64,000 bases of DNA from Dudresnaya verticillata (Eukaryota), in assembly GCA_977862235.1 (NCBI GenBank), contig OZ374564.1, forward strand, positions 434,001-498,000, read 5' to 3'. Positions 44,404-54,200 of the stretch are shown piece by piece. Position 1 is the first letter of the stretch, and every line of letters begins with the position of its first letter. Position numbers and translations under genes: made by a program. Under the pieces are notes generated by a model. That model worked only from the letters and a program-made list of their open reading frames with translations. It was not told the DNA's origin and did no database searches.

Positions 44404-44517
44404 GTAAGTCTTCTTTTTGACGTTGCCGCTGTTGTTGCCGTTACCGCTGCTTGTGCTGTTGACCCCCTCGTCGCCGCCACCGTCGTCGTTACCTCCTCCC
44501 GCCTCACCTCTCAACAG
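44404..44517 (+). other. Probable 5' UTR intron of the cyclin gene
   Basis: GTAAGT donor at 44404, pyrimidine-rich tract, and AACAG acceptor ending 2 nt before the ATG at 44520. Confidence 0.55.
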
Positions 44518-44519
44518 CA

Positions 44520-46256
44520 ATGTCGCTCCCGTTCTGCCGCCGCGTCTTCCCGCGCGTACCGGCCCAAGACGAACTCTTCTCCCCGACGGAGCCCACTGGT
44601 GCCCCGCAGCGCCTTGCCCACATAATGCAGGCCCTGCTCCACATTATGTCCATTGTCCTCAACAAGCGCATTGCAAAGGGCGACGCTCTACGTGAGCACG
44701 CCTCGCGCGCGAACATGCTCACCTGTCTGGCTGACATTGCCCCTCTGTTCCCGATACCGCGCCTGCACCATGTCGAGGAGTCTGACTTTGTCGCCGCCGC
44801 CTACCAGGGCGCCCTGGAGAGCCGCGTCTCCCTCTTTGACACCAAGTATGACGTTGACAACCCCACTGTCGAAGAGTATCTCGACCGTCTCGTCACTTAT
44901 GGCGAGGTCTCGCAGAGCATCTTTCTCACCATGCTCATCTACGTTGACCGCGTCGCCGCCATGTGCCCCGCCATGATTCTCACCTCCACGAACGTCCACC
45001 GCTTACTTGCCGCCTGCTTTGTTCTGGCCGCCAAGACCCACGAGGACCGCCACCCGCGCATGAGCGCCCTGGCCCAGGTCGTGGGCCTCAACCTGAAGGA
45101 GGTCATTACCCTTGAGTCTACTTTGCTCGAAATGATCAATTGGCGCGCCCACGTCTCTGTCCACGAGTTTGCCGCCGCCGAGGCGGTCTTCATGGCTGAG
45201 GCCTTTGACACGGTGGGCGGCATGGTCGTCTTTAGGGACCTCCTCTTCATGAATGTCGACGGAATGGACAGCGCCCTCGGCGAGTGCGAGACCTGGGACC
45301 CGGTCGACCGCAAGCCCACCGCCGAGGAGATTTGGGTCATCCACCGCCGCAGTCTGGGACTCGATATTTACCCCGTATCTCCGCGCTCCCTCGCCGCCGC
45401 CCGCGCCGCCTTCGTGCACTCTGCTGCTCGTGACTCGAGCAATTGGTTTATTCCCTACCCAGAGGCACGGGAACATTGCGCATGGCGCATAAAGGACATT
45501 GCCAAGGCACAATTGGCTTTTGACTTTAAAGCCATTGACGTCAACCCCGCCCCAGGCTTGGAACTGGAGGCGGAGCAACAGGTTCAGTGCCTGTTTGGTG
45601 AGTCTGGGTTGGCCCGCTTCCAGAAGCTGCGGCTTTTGGCAGTGGACTCGGCCCCAGATGCGATGGTGCCTGCCTTGTGTAAGAGGCAGGCATCGACTGA
45701 CCCGTGGAGAGACGGGTACATGGGGTCGGGTGCGGCCCTGGGTCCGTTTATGACGGGTTACGAGCATGCCTTCTCTGGAACGAGCTGGAGCGAGTTCCTC
45801 GGGGAGGACGTGGATTCGGAAGACGAGGGACTTATCCCCCGACGAAAGATGAATGGCGCGCAAAACGCAGGATTGTTCTCCGCACTAGGCACAACCGTTC
45901 CAGCGCTGGCGCCGTGTACGCCTATGATTCCGCCGGGTTTTGAGTCTGTGTGGGGCCCTCCGAAAACGTCTATGTCGGAGTGTTCAACAATCACTCCCGA
46001 CACTGGTCGCGACTTGTTTGCGACTACCCGCCAAGACCGTGGTGGTCACAGTGCTAAGCGCGAGCGCGCCAGCGTGGGTCTAGGGATTCTAGGCCGAAAA
46101 CATAACTTGTGGCCAGGCAATGGGAGGCGTCCTCCGCTGGCCGTGACAAAGCGACGGACAGCGCAACCGAGAATATCTCGGCGTGAAGTCAGGTCCATCG
46201 GGTCCGGTGACCGCCAAGTTTTTGTCAATGTGATGAGCCGGATATTCCGGCACTAA
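44520..46256 (+). CDS. Pho80/CYCU(P)-type cyclin with long C-terminal extension (578 aa)
   Basis: Cyclin box PTVEEYLDRLVTY..VSQSIFLTMLIYVDRV....LTSTNVHRLLAACFVLAAKTHED....ALAQVVGLNLKEVITLESTLLEMINWRAHV. Confidence 0.88.
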   Translation: MSLPFCRRVFPRVPAQDELFSPTEPTGAPQRLAHIMQALLHIMSIVLNKRIAKGDALREHASRANMLTCLADIAPLFPIPRLHHVEESDFVAAAYQGALESRVSLFDTKYDVDNPTVEEYLDRLVTYGEVSQSIFLTMLIYVDRVAAMCPAMILTSTNVHRLLAACFVLAAKTHEDRHPRMSALAQVVGLNLKEVITLESTLLEMINWRAHVSVHEFAAAEAVFMAEAFDTVGGMVVFRDLLFMNVDGMDSALGECETWDPVDRKPTAEEIWVIHRRSLGLDIYPVSPRSLAAARAAFVHSAARDSSNWFIPYPEAREHCAWRIKDIAKAQLAFDFKAIDVNPAPGLELEAEQQVQCLFGESGLARFQKLRLLAVDSAPDAMVPALCKRQASTDPWRDGYMGSGAALGPFMTGYEHAFSGTSWSEFLGEDVDSEDEGLIPRRKMNGAQNAGLFSALGTTVPALAPCTPMIPPGFESVWGPPKTSMSECSTITPDTGRDLFATTRQDRGGHSAKRERASVGLGILGRKHNLWPGNGRRPPLAVTKRRTAQPRISRREVRSIGSGDRQVFVNVMSRIFRH

Positions 46257-46548
46257 CTTTTTGCACTTCTCCGATGGTAGCTATAGGCTTTATTGCAGAG
46301 GGCGGCTAATTGTCATGTTGGCCAAAGGAGCACCGGCAATAAAAAGCTACCATACCACAATGACAAACCTGTTTGCACTTGTAACTCCTCGCCCATACTG
46401 GCCAAAGTGTTGTGGCGACTGACTGCCTCGCCGAAACGGTGCTCAGACTGTAACTGGTTTATTTAAACAACAGTACACATCGATACAAATGAACATGTCC
46501 ACCGCGTGCGTCCGAACCGATCCTCTGCCCACACCCCCACAACCCCCT

Positions 46549-47199
46549 CTAAAACTTCTCAAGCACCTCCAGCAACCTTGCAAACCCCACGCCAATAGCA
46601 ACCTTAACTTCACCCTCATCCTCTCGCTGAGCAATCTCCTGGCCAACTCTAGCAACTGCGGCAGTCATAGCATCAATAGGCACTTCAAGCTCCTGATAAA
46701 CCTGTCTCATGACCTCTACGCCACGATCGCTGAACACGTCGCCGTCGCAGGCAACGCCATAGGCAACAACCCTCGCAAACTCACTAAGGTCCCTCCAGCA
46801 CGCGATGGCACGGTGCTCGGGGTATAGCGCGCCGCCCTCCTGGTCGATGCCGGGGAACAGACGCAGGACGAGGGCGCGGGCGGCGTCGATGGCGACGGGG
46901 GCGTGCACGCGGATGGCCTCCGCGGCCCGCGCGGCCGCAGAACGGTCTGGCAAGTCGTCCAGAGACACGTAGGCGTTCTCCGCCTGCAGACGCGACAGCA
47001 CGCCGGACAGCTCCACCGGCGGCTTCGACACGTCGAACAGCGGGTGCTGGATCTGCTCCTGGATGAGCGCTTGCGCACGCGGCGGAAGCGTCGCGCAGGT
47101 CACTGGCAAGGCGTGTCGAGGCGCTCGGCGCGGCGTTACTGCTGCGCGGGTGTGGCGCTTCTGCAGTGCGATGCCGGTGATGAAGGCTGGCGGCGTCAT
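46549..47199 (-). CDS. Nuclear-encoded phycobiliprotein-like (allophycocyanin/phycocyanin fold) protein with plastid transit peptide (216 aa)
   Basis: MTPPAFITG.. transit peptide; ENAYVSLDDL, FPGIDQEGGALYPEHRAIACWRDLSEFARVVAYGV (cf. PGGNxY...ACxRD..YLR...Y), GVEVMRQVYQELEVP (cf. GLRExYxxLGVP). Confidence 0.85.
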   Translation of the reverse strand: MTPPAFITGIALQKRHTRAAVTPRRAPRHALPVTCATLPPRAQALIQEQIQHPLFDVSKPPVELSGVLSRLQAENAYVSLDDLPDRSAAARAAEAIRVHAPVAIDAARALVLRLFPGIDQEGGALYPEHRAIACWRDLSEFARVVAYGVACDGDVFSDRGVEVMRQVYQELEVPIDAMTAAVARVGQEIAQREDEGEVKVAIGVGFARLLEVLEKF

Positions 47200-47501
47200 T
47201 GTGGAGGTGAGCGGGGAGTTGGCAGGGCAGGTGACGGGTGGCTGCGCAGGTTGCTGCGCTCTTTGCGGGGAAAGGGTTGCACTCATATGCGGAAGGTGCT
47301 GTACGTCTGAGATGCAGCGAGATCGGGAGAGGGTGTTTTTTCAATCTTTCTTAAAACATTCGATGCGAAGAGCCGTCGAATAGATCGCAGACCGAACACT
47401 GCCCATCACGACTCGTCTGGTCAGTACCGTGTTTTGCCTCCTTTTATGTCAACTCACAAACCACGAAACCGGCGACTTGCACAACCATCCGAGCGAGGAA
47501 G

Positions 47502-48197
47502 ATGGCGCGGCCGCTGCTGCTATGCGCCGCAGATGGGACAGAGGCGCCACCAGTGAGCCCGCCCGCCCGGATCACGCAACCCCCGCCGCTCGCCTCGCCC
47601 TCGCCGAGCACCCCCGCGCCGAGCACCCCCGTGCCGAGCACCCCGGCGCCGGGCGCAAGTGACGACGACCCCTTTTCCTTTCCGCAGCAGCCGTTCGACA
47701 CGCCGCCCTACTACGGCCAGCCGTCCCCGCCGCGAACCTTCCTGCTGGGCGGCCTGGGCTGGGCGTACGGCGTGGGCTGCGGCGCCGGACCGTTCTTCGG
47801 CATGGGTGTCGCGGTCAACCGCACGGTTGTGTTTGGCGCAGGCGCGGGTGTCGGCGTCTTTTGCGGCGTCGGCTTTGGCGCTGGCGCCGTCGTTGGCCAT
47901 GGCCATGGCTTCGTCCCGCTCGGGCTCACGTCGAGGTAGGTGCTGCGAGCCTGACACTGCGCGTCCCTGCTGCAGGACGACTAGTGCTGACGATTGCTTC
48001 TATGTGCGAGTAGCTTCTTTTATACGCCGCGGCTCGGCTGGGCGGAGAACGTGCTGGACAGGTACCATCGACGGCACGGTAAGCTCAGGGAACGCAGGGA
48101 GCTCCCCGTGTGGAAGAAACGCGCCATTCAGTTTTGGAACGAGCAGCTTTGGAGTCGGATTCGACCAGTGCTCAGGAGGGAGAGGGCAGGCTCGTGA
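47502..48197 (+). CDS. Hypothetical Gly-rich (GxGxG) membrane-associated protein, two exons (205 aa)
   Basis: Exons 47502-47935 and 48014-48197; intron GTAGGT...GCTGAC...TAG keeps the frame. Pro-rich N-terminus, GLGWAYGVGCGAG..FGAGAGVGVFCGVGFGAG hydrophobic segment, basic C-terminus. Confidence 0.65.
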
Positions 48198-48321
48198 TCG
48201 CCATTGTGGATGCGTTTGCGAGCTCTAATGATTGCGGCTGCTCAATTTGAGAAGGCTCTCGTTGGGCGTGTTGACTTGACTATGCATGTACTACATACAA
48301 GAGTATGTGCAGCGAAACGAC

Positions 48322-50190
48322 TCACCTCCGTCGTCGCTTCGCGGCGTTCTCGATCCCGAAAGAGAACGAAACGCGCTTCTCCATCTTCTCCGTCACCTCG
48401 TCCTTTTTCTCCTCCTTCACCTGCTCGGCAGGCGCTTCCGTCACCCGCTTCCCAACCACAACACCTGGTCCCTGCAGAACAACATGCGCCTGTCCGCTAC
48501 TCCGCGTCTCCACGACAAGAGCCGCGGCAGACTTGAGCGGCGTGTCGCCGTCACCCATGTTCCTCGAGCGCGCCTGTTCCAGCATGTGCCGCATGCGTTT
48601 CTCCCGTTTGTTTTGCCCGGGTCCCTTGCCATGGAAGCGATGACACAGAGCACGAAATGCCTCCTTCCTCGTTAGCGCTTGCCCAAACTCGTCCAGATAC
48701 TCTAGCTTCACCCGATCCATACCCCCGTCCTCTTCCGACGAGAACCGCTCGTCCCGTGCTCGGCCTACCTGCTCCGCCCGCTTGCTTAGCTCACCCCGCG
48801 CCCTGAGACGTTGCAGCACCGCCGCAACGCCAGTCTGCGCAGCAACAGAGTCTGGAGCTGGCGTCACAGGCGGCAATGGCGGCCCTCCGCTATTGCCACC
48901 CTTCGAAAGCCCTGCTACTCTGCCGTTGTTATTCTCTTCTCCTGGTGCTCGCGCGGTGCCCGTGCCTGCTCCTGTGCCAGAGTCCACATGCATCGCGCCA
49001 TTCCCTTCAGCAGAAGCATCCGTCATCCGATCGCCATCATCTACATGAGTTACTACTCGCCGCGCCATTTCCGGCTCAGAGTCGCTGTCGCTCTCCTCGG
49101 CCGCAGCTGGCAGTTTCTGCAAGAACTGCTGCATCTCCGCGTGCAAGACATCCTCAGCCTCTTGCAGCGCGTCCTCACCACCGTCTTGGTTGGCACGGTC
49201 AATAGTTTCAAGAATAGCATCAACGGTACTCTTCTTCTCCTTCTCCCGCTCCGCCCTCCTGAGACGCGCCTGTCGCAAGTACATTGCGTCTTCCTCGCTG
49301 CTCCCACCGTCTGTCTCTCGCTTCACGTCCGCCTGGCGGCGCAGTTCCGCGACGTGCCCGTCGTCCGCAACGCGTATCTGCTCCACCGTTTCGCCTGCTT
49401 CCCGTACCCTCCTTCGCTTCTTCCTCGTGCGCTTCCCGCGTTTCACAAACGCGGCCTCGACGTCCTTGCGTGATCGATACGCACTCTCCACGCGCAGTCC
49501 CTCGCCCTTTTCCAGGGACTCGCCACCAGCGCCCATTCCCCCCTCCTTCCCGTCCTCTGCGACCGCGTCCACCTTTGTGCCGTCGTACGCCAGCCCGTTG
49601 ATCTCCATCGCATCATATTCATCTTTCCTTCTCCTGTCCATCTCATGCACATCCCGCAGCCGGTCCCGCGCATCCTCACCACCATTCCCGTTGCGCTCAG
49701 GCAGCACTGGCGCGTCCGCCAAGACCAACACAGCACCGTCCTCCACATCATCCCCCTTCGGCAGCGCAGGCCCATCACGGTGCGGCGCGACCTGCCTATT
49801 CTCCGTGACGCTGCGAGCGCGCGGGGCTTCGTTTTCCGTGGCGCGGGCACGAGCAACCCAGCCTCGGAGTTTCGAATACTGGTCTTCATCACCCTCCTCG
49901 TCGGACGGGTCGTCACCGAGCGACCGCGCGGCGACTGCGCGCTGTCGAGCCTCACGCTTCGCGCGCGCCTTCCGCAATCTCTCCTCCAGCGACGACCCCG
50001 CGGCGGAGGGCGCCTGCTTCGCTTTCTCAGCGGCCTGCTTCGCCGCGGCCGGCCGCTCAGGTCGCAGCGGGCGAAGGCCCAGCAGCGCGCGAACGCGATT
50101 CGTCTCCGCTACGCTGCATGTTACCTCTCCGTTCACCTTCGTTACCGTTGCGCGCGGCGGTGTCGTAGGCGAGGGCGGTGGGGACGCCAT
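48322..50190 (-). CDS. SART1: U4/U6.U5 tri-snRNP protein SART1/Snu66 (622 aa)
   Basis: HIND motif CSVAETNRVRALLGLRPL, VLVLADAPVL, and C-terminal VKLEYLDEFGQALTRKEAFRALCHRFHGKGPGQNKREKR. Confidence 0.92.
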   Translation of the reverse strand: MASPPPSPTTPPRATVTKVNGEVTCSVAETNRVRALLGLRPLRPERPAAAKQAAEKAKQAPSAAGSSLEERLRKARAKREARQRAVAARSLGDDPSDEEGDEDQYSKLRGWVARARATENEAPRARSVTENRQVAPHRDGPALPKGDDVEDGAVLVLADAPVLPERNGNGGEDARDRLRDVHEMDRRRKDEYDAMEINGLAYDGTKVDAVAEDGKEGGMGAGGESLEKGEGLRVESAYRSRKDVEAAFVKRGKRTRKKRRRVREAGETVEQIRVADDGHVAELRRQADVKRETDGGSSEEDAMYLRQARLRRAEREKEKKSTVDAILETIDRANQDGGEDALQEAEDVLHAEMQQFLQKLPAAAEESDSDSEPEMARRVVTHVDDGDRMTDASAEGNGAMHVDSGTGAGTGTARAPGEENNNGRVAGLSKGGNSGGPPLPPVTPAPDSVAAQTGVAAVLQRLRARGELSKRAEQVGRARDERFSSEEDGGMDRVKLEYLDEFGQALTRKEAFRALCHRFHGKGPGQNKREKRMRHMLEQARSRNMGDGDTPLKSAAALVVETRSSGQAHVVLQGPGVVVGKRVTEAPAEQVKEEKKDEVTEKMEKRVSFSFGIENAAKRRRR

Positions 50191-50904
50191 TGCGGTATGC
50201 TGTGGCGAACTGCGGTGTTCGGCTTGCGGGTCTGTGTCGATGGAACATACATGGAAGGAGCGAGTTTTTGAGAAGGAAGCGTAGAAATTTTGGGCAGGCA
50301 GCATTGCGACTTCCGCCGACGCTGAAGAAGCGACTGTTGACGCGTCCAGCACTGCGTCCTTCACATCTGTGCACAACCAATAGCTCCAAGCTCTGCGTAC
50401 CATCAACTCGCCAGCAGCTGCACTTGAGACGTAGTGCTCCTCCTTGGGAACAAACGAGGCGAGGGGGAAGTTTCGCAAGTGGCCATCGTTTGGTCCGCAG
50501 CGAGAGCTCCTCCATGATACGTCTTACTGCTTGTTCTCTTCCACCGTCACCATCCGAGCGAACCTAGAGGGTAGCATCCAGCTAGTGTCAATATACCGTG
50601 GACGCTTTCCTCCAACGTGGTCCAGCGTTTTTCATAGTTGCCAGCATTCAGAGGCTGGACTGGCACTGTCATTCGCGCCGGACGACTAGTCGTCCACCGA
50701 GCCACGACCCGCTCGCATGTCACCCTTCAGAAGGGTACCCGCTGATTTGGGCCTCGCCTCCTCCTCGCTGCCTGATAATAATGCAGTCTCATCACCACGC
50801 CGGGTGGACATGTACCCCGCGCTCCTCGACTACATAAGCGCTTCGGAAATCGCTTACCGTCGAAAAACTCGACAGCACCGCAGCTCTGCAAGCTCAAAGT
50901 CGCC

Positions 50905-51255
50905 ATGAAGACCCTCTTTCTAGTCCTGCTTGCGCTCCCGCTCTTCCTAGCTGCGCCGTCCACGCGTGACCTCGTACCTGTACCGGATACCTGCTCTAAG
51001 ATACGCATCGAGCGCGCTGGCGCCTGTCAGTGCCACCTGACCAACATTCACGCCATTTGGGTCTTCAAGAGGATCTCTTTCGAGGGCTGGATTGCGGGCT
51101 GTGAACAACGTTATGGGCCGCAGAGCACCTGGGAAATCAGATGTCTTGAGCTTATCGGAAGCAGGACATTTCTGCTAAAGCAGGCTATTGCTGCTGTTAG
51201 GGAGGTTGTTGACAAGTGCAAGGCGCTATGCAACTTTTACGTCAAGAAGTGGTAG
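50905..51255 (+). CDS. Small secreted Cys-rich protein (116 aa)
   Basis: GCCATG context, signal peptide MKTLFLVLLALPLFLA, 7 Cys including a CxC; no family recognised. Confidence 0.65.
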   Translation: MKTLFLVLLALPLFLAAPSTRDLVPVPDTCSKIRIERAGACQCHLTNIHAIWVFKRISFEGWIAGCEQRYGPQSTWEIRCLELIGSRTFLLKQAIAAVREVVDKCKALCNFYVKKW

Positions 51256-54200
51256 CTATGACTTCTCGGGTAGTTTAGTTCGCGTAGTTGTTCCCTCTTA
51301 TCAGTTGGAATGTGGCTGGAATAAAAGCTCTACCGTAGTGATCTTGCTCTTTGAACGAGGTGCTCCAATTTACCGATGGGCACAACTGCTTCGCCGCGTG
51401 AAAACAAATAACATTACACTTTCTCTCCGTCCTCAAGGGGCCGCCAAGCCAGAGACAGGAATATCAATAGTCCCTTCAACCATCCGGCCTGTGTTTCAGC
51501 ATTCAATGCACTTCCGGAGAAGGCAGTGAAGAACTCTTGTACGCAAATAATCAAGAAGCCTCTAGAGGTCTCCTGTCTACAGTGTCGACGGAGCATCGGC
51601 AGTATACACTGGCAATTCACTTCTCCGTTCACCATCTGTTCGCGTTCAGGTCCTCCCTTTCTACGCATTTCGATCACTCCTATAAACAGAAACCCCCGTC
51701 GCCAGCTAGATTCATCTCAAAATGGCACCGCTATCGTCAGCAAGACGTTCCTGGCATTGCAAGTAAATTACTAGATTGTATGAAAGCACCCAATGCGTCT
51801 TTAGTTGGAGATTTAAGCTTATATGCAAGAGAAGGTTTCTGTAACTCCTTTATCGCTATATGGTGATGCCAATATCTGGCAAATAGGCTAGTAAGTAATT
51901 TGTGGATCCGACGTTCTACAAGAGATGATTTTCTGCGGGCGAGATGCCTCATATTGTAACAGGTTGTTCTGTAGAGAACATTTGCTCTTTGCGCTTTCTT
52001 GAAAGACATAAAGGTCGATCACCAAAGTTGTCCTAGACGTCTTTAACAAGTTCGTCTCTCAGATTTGGTCTCAGCTCTTCTACAACACGAGCCCGAAGCA
52101 TCAATGCAAATGGTACACATCAATGACGTATCTCGATAAGTATCGTGCACCATCAGCACTTTTAGATTCAATGCTGTATTTCAACAAATCATAACAAGTG
52201 GTCATGATCTGTCAGCGCACAAAAAGCATGCGCTCTCATCTTGAAAGTGGTAATAGTCCAAAGCACTCTGCGGTATTAAAATACTGTCTCTACTACATAT
52301 GCAGTCTGCCTCAATGTCCTAAACTAACCTGCTATGACTGCAACTCAGAACGAGGTTGAGCTGCTGCTCATTGCGCTATTTTAAACGGACGGACAAGATA
52401 TGCTATGGTAGTTCAACATGTTACATTGTCATTTGCCCAACTCCTTATCGATGTCCGTAACAGATTTATATATATACCACAACTGTACTAGGTACAGTAT
52501 TAATATGGCAGCAGGCGTAGGGCTAACACTCCGATGATGACTCATGCTTTGCTGTCATGTTCAGGCAGAGTATGGGCAAGAAAAAACAACCCTTGTGTGA
52601 CCTTGGTATCGTTACGGCACTGCGCTGCGGTTAATATGCGGCACAAGGATGTTGCACTATCATTGCCTAAATCCTTTGCCATACAGTATGGGAGACCAAT
52701 ATTCCGGTGTGTTCTCAACGAATAAAAAGGTAGTTCTAGAATAGAGAGTGGAGAAAGAACATATTGAGTGTTTGTAGCATACATCAAAGTTGAGTGTGAG
52801 AGAAGAAATACGTGGAGCTGAACTACGAATGAGCGAGCTCCACACACTTCGCATGGACACAACTCTTAACCACAATCTGCAACCTCGGTTGTTGGCACTC
52901 AAGCAACGACCCTCCTGTCGCTGAAAAATTCTTCTGGAAAACGCTATTGTATGTCAGCTCTCCTGGAAAACTCTTCATATTCGGGGCTTCCATGCACGTG
53001 CATCAGGCGGCGACTACGAGCAGATAGGAGCAGCTTCTGGGTTTGATTTGTAGATAACATGTGGCATGCTCAAACAAAATTTGAGCTCGGGACTTTGGGG
53101 CATGAGCACACCTACTGTACATTCAACGTGCTAATCCCGTTCTTCGTTTGGGGCAAATGTTTGCAGAAAGGTAGTAACAATGATGGCTACGACCTGCACG
53201 CAGCAAGTTAAGCGAGTCGAGTAGAGCCGGATGTGGCTTTATAGGTATCGATACCTCTCCGGAACGATGCTTAAGGTAAGGCCTATCGTCATTAGCACGG
53301 AACAACTCTGTAGAATATGGCTTGTGCGTTCGAACGTAATAAGAAAACCATCCTGTGCGGCAGCAGCAACTTTCGTAACTGCAAACGGCCCGGTCGGAAG
53401 AATATGTGAAGTAAAGTATGGAGTCCCCTCGTAGCATGATACTATTGTATCACAAGATCTGTTCTGCAATCTGCCTTCAAACTTCTCATGGTGACAGAAT
53501 ACCCGTGTCGACTGCTCTGTGTACCCTCTCCGTGTCATGAGTGGAGGGAAACATTATGTTCTTTTCTGGCCAAATCTTCCCAGTTGCTGTCGAGAAATAA
53601 CTGCCACACTGTACCATAGTACAACAATCCCCTACAACACACCTGTTCTCCGTTTCAGTTGCTAATCAGACTAGTTCGAATTTCTCTTCTCGAACATTAG
53701 CTCTGCAACTTCGACTCGAACAGGATTCTCGGAAAGGAAGTTTGTGAGTGAGTGAAAGTGACAATGAGTAACAGTGAGTGTCTGCTACAGTATCAACGCT
53801 CAATCTGCTCAATCACGCCAATAACATTTTGATAGAAACGAAGCTGCTGATCCGGGGCAGCGGCCGTCGCACATTCTGGCGATGAGCTCCGAAAAGCTGT
53901 AAAATTATAGGGGGTTAGGGTGACGGTGAATCGCCCTTCCCACTTTTAGATCTCCCCGGGAAGGCATCACCCCCTCCCAAACCCTGCAATGATTGTCAAA
54001 CAATGATTGAGCTCTCGCTCGCCACTGTGATTGACCTGCAAACAGAACAGTTTTCTTCTTCGCAACAATGGGCAATGGATGTGTGACTTGCGGCCGGGCT
54101 GTTGATACCTGCACATTGTTGCTGCAGCTATCACACACACCAGCCTCTATCATTAGAGTTCACTACAACTTGCACTTAGTATTACAAGGACCTCGCGAAA

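Noticed and set aside
49190..50284. 364-aa Ser-rich plus-strand ORF
   Set aside because: Antisense shadow of SART1
6522..50478. N-terminal extensions in the ORF track for ctpA, NDUFA8, PLRG1, GST, NRT2, chlH, the biliprotein and SART1
   Set aside because: They mostly begin at GTG/TTG codons and run through promoter or UTR sequence; downstream ATGs match the expected protein or transit-peptide starts
51723..51840. GNAT-like fragment YRQQDVPGIASKLLD...LYAREGF
   Set aside because: The resemblance to acetyltransferase motifs is short and mis-spaced, with no proper start or upstream fold elements; a profile search would be needed to revive it
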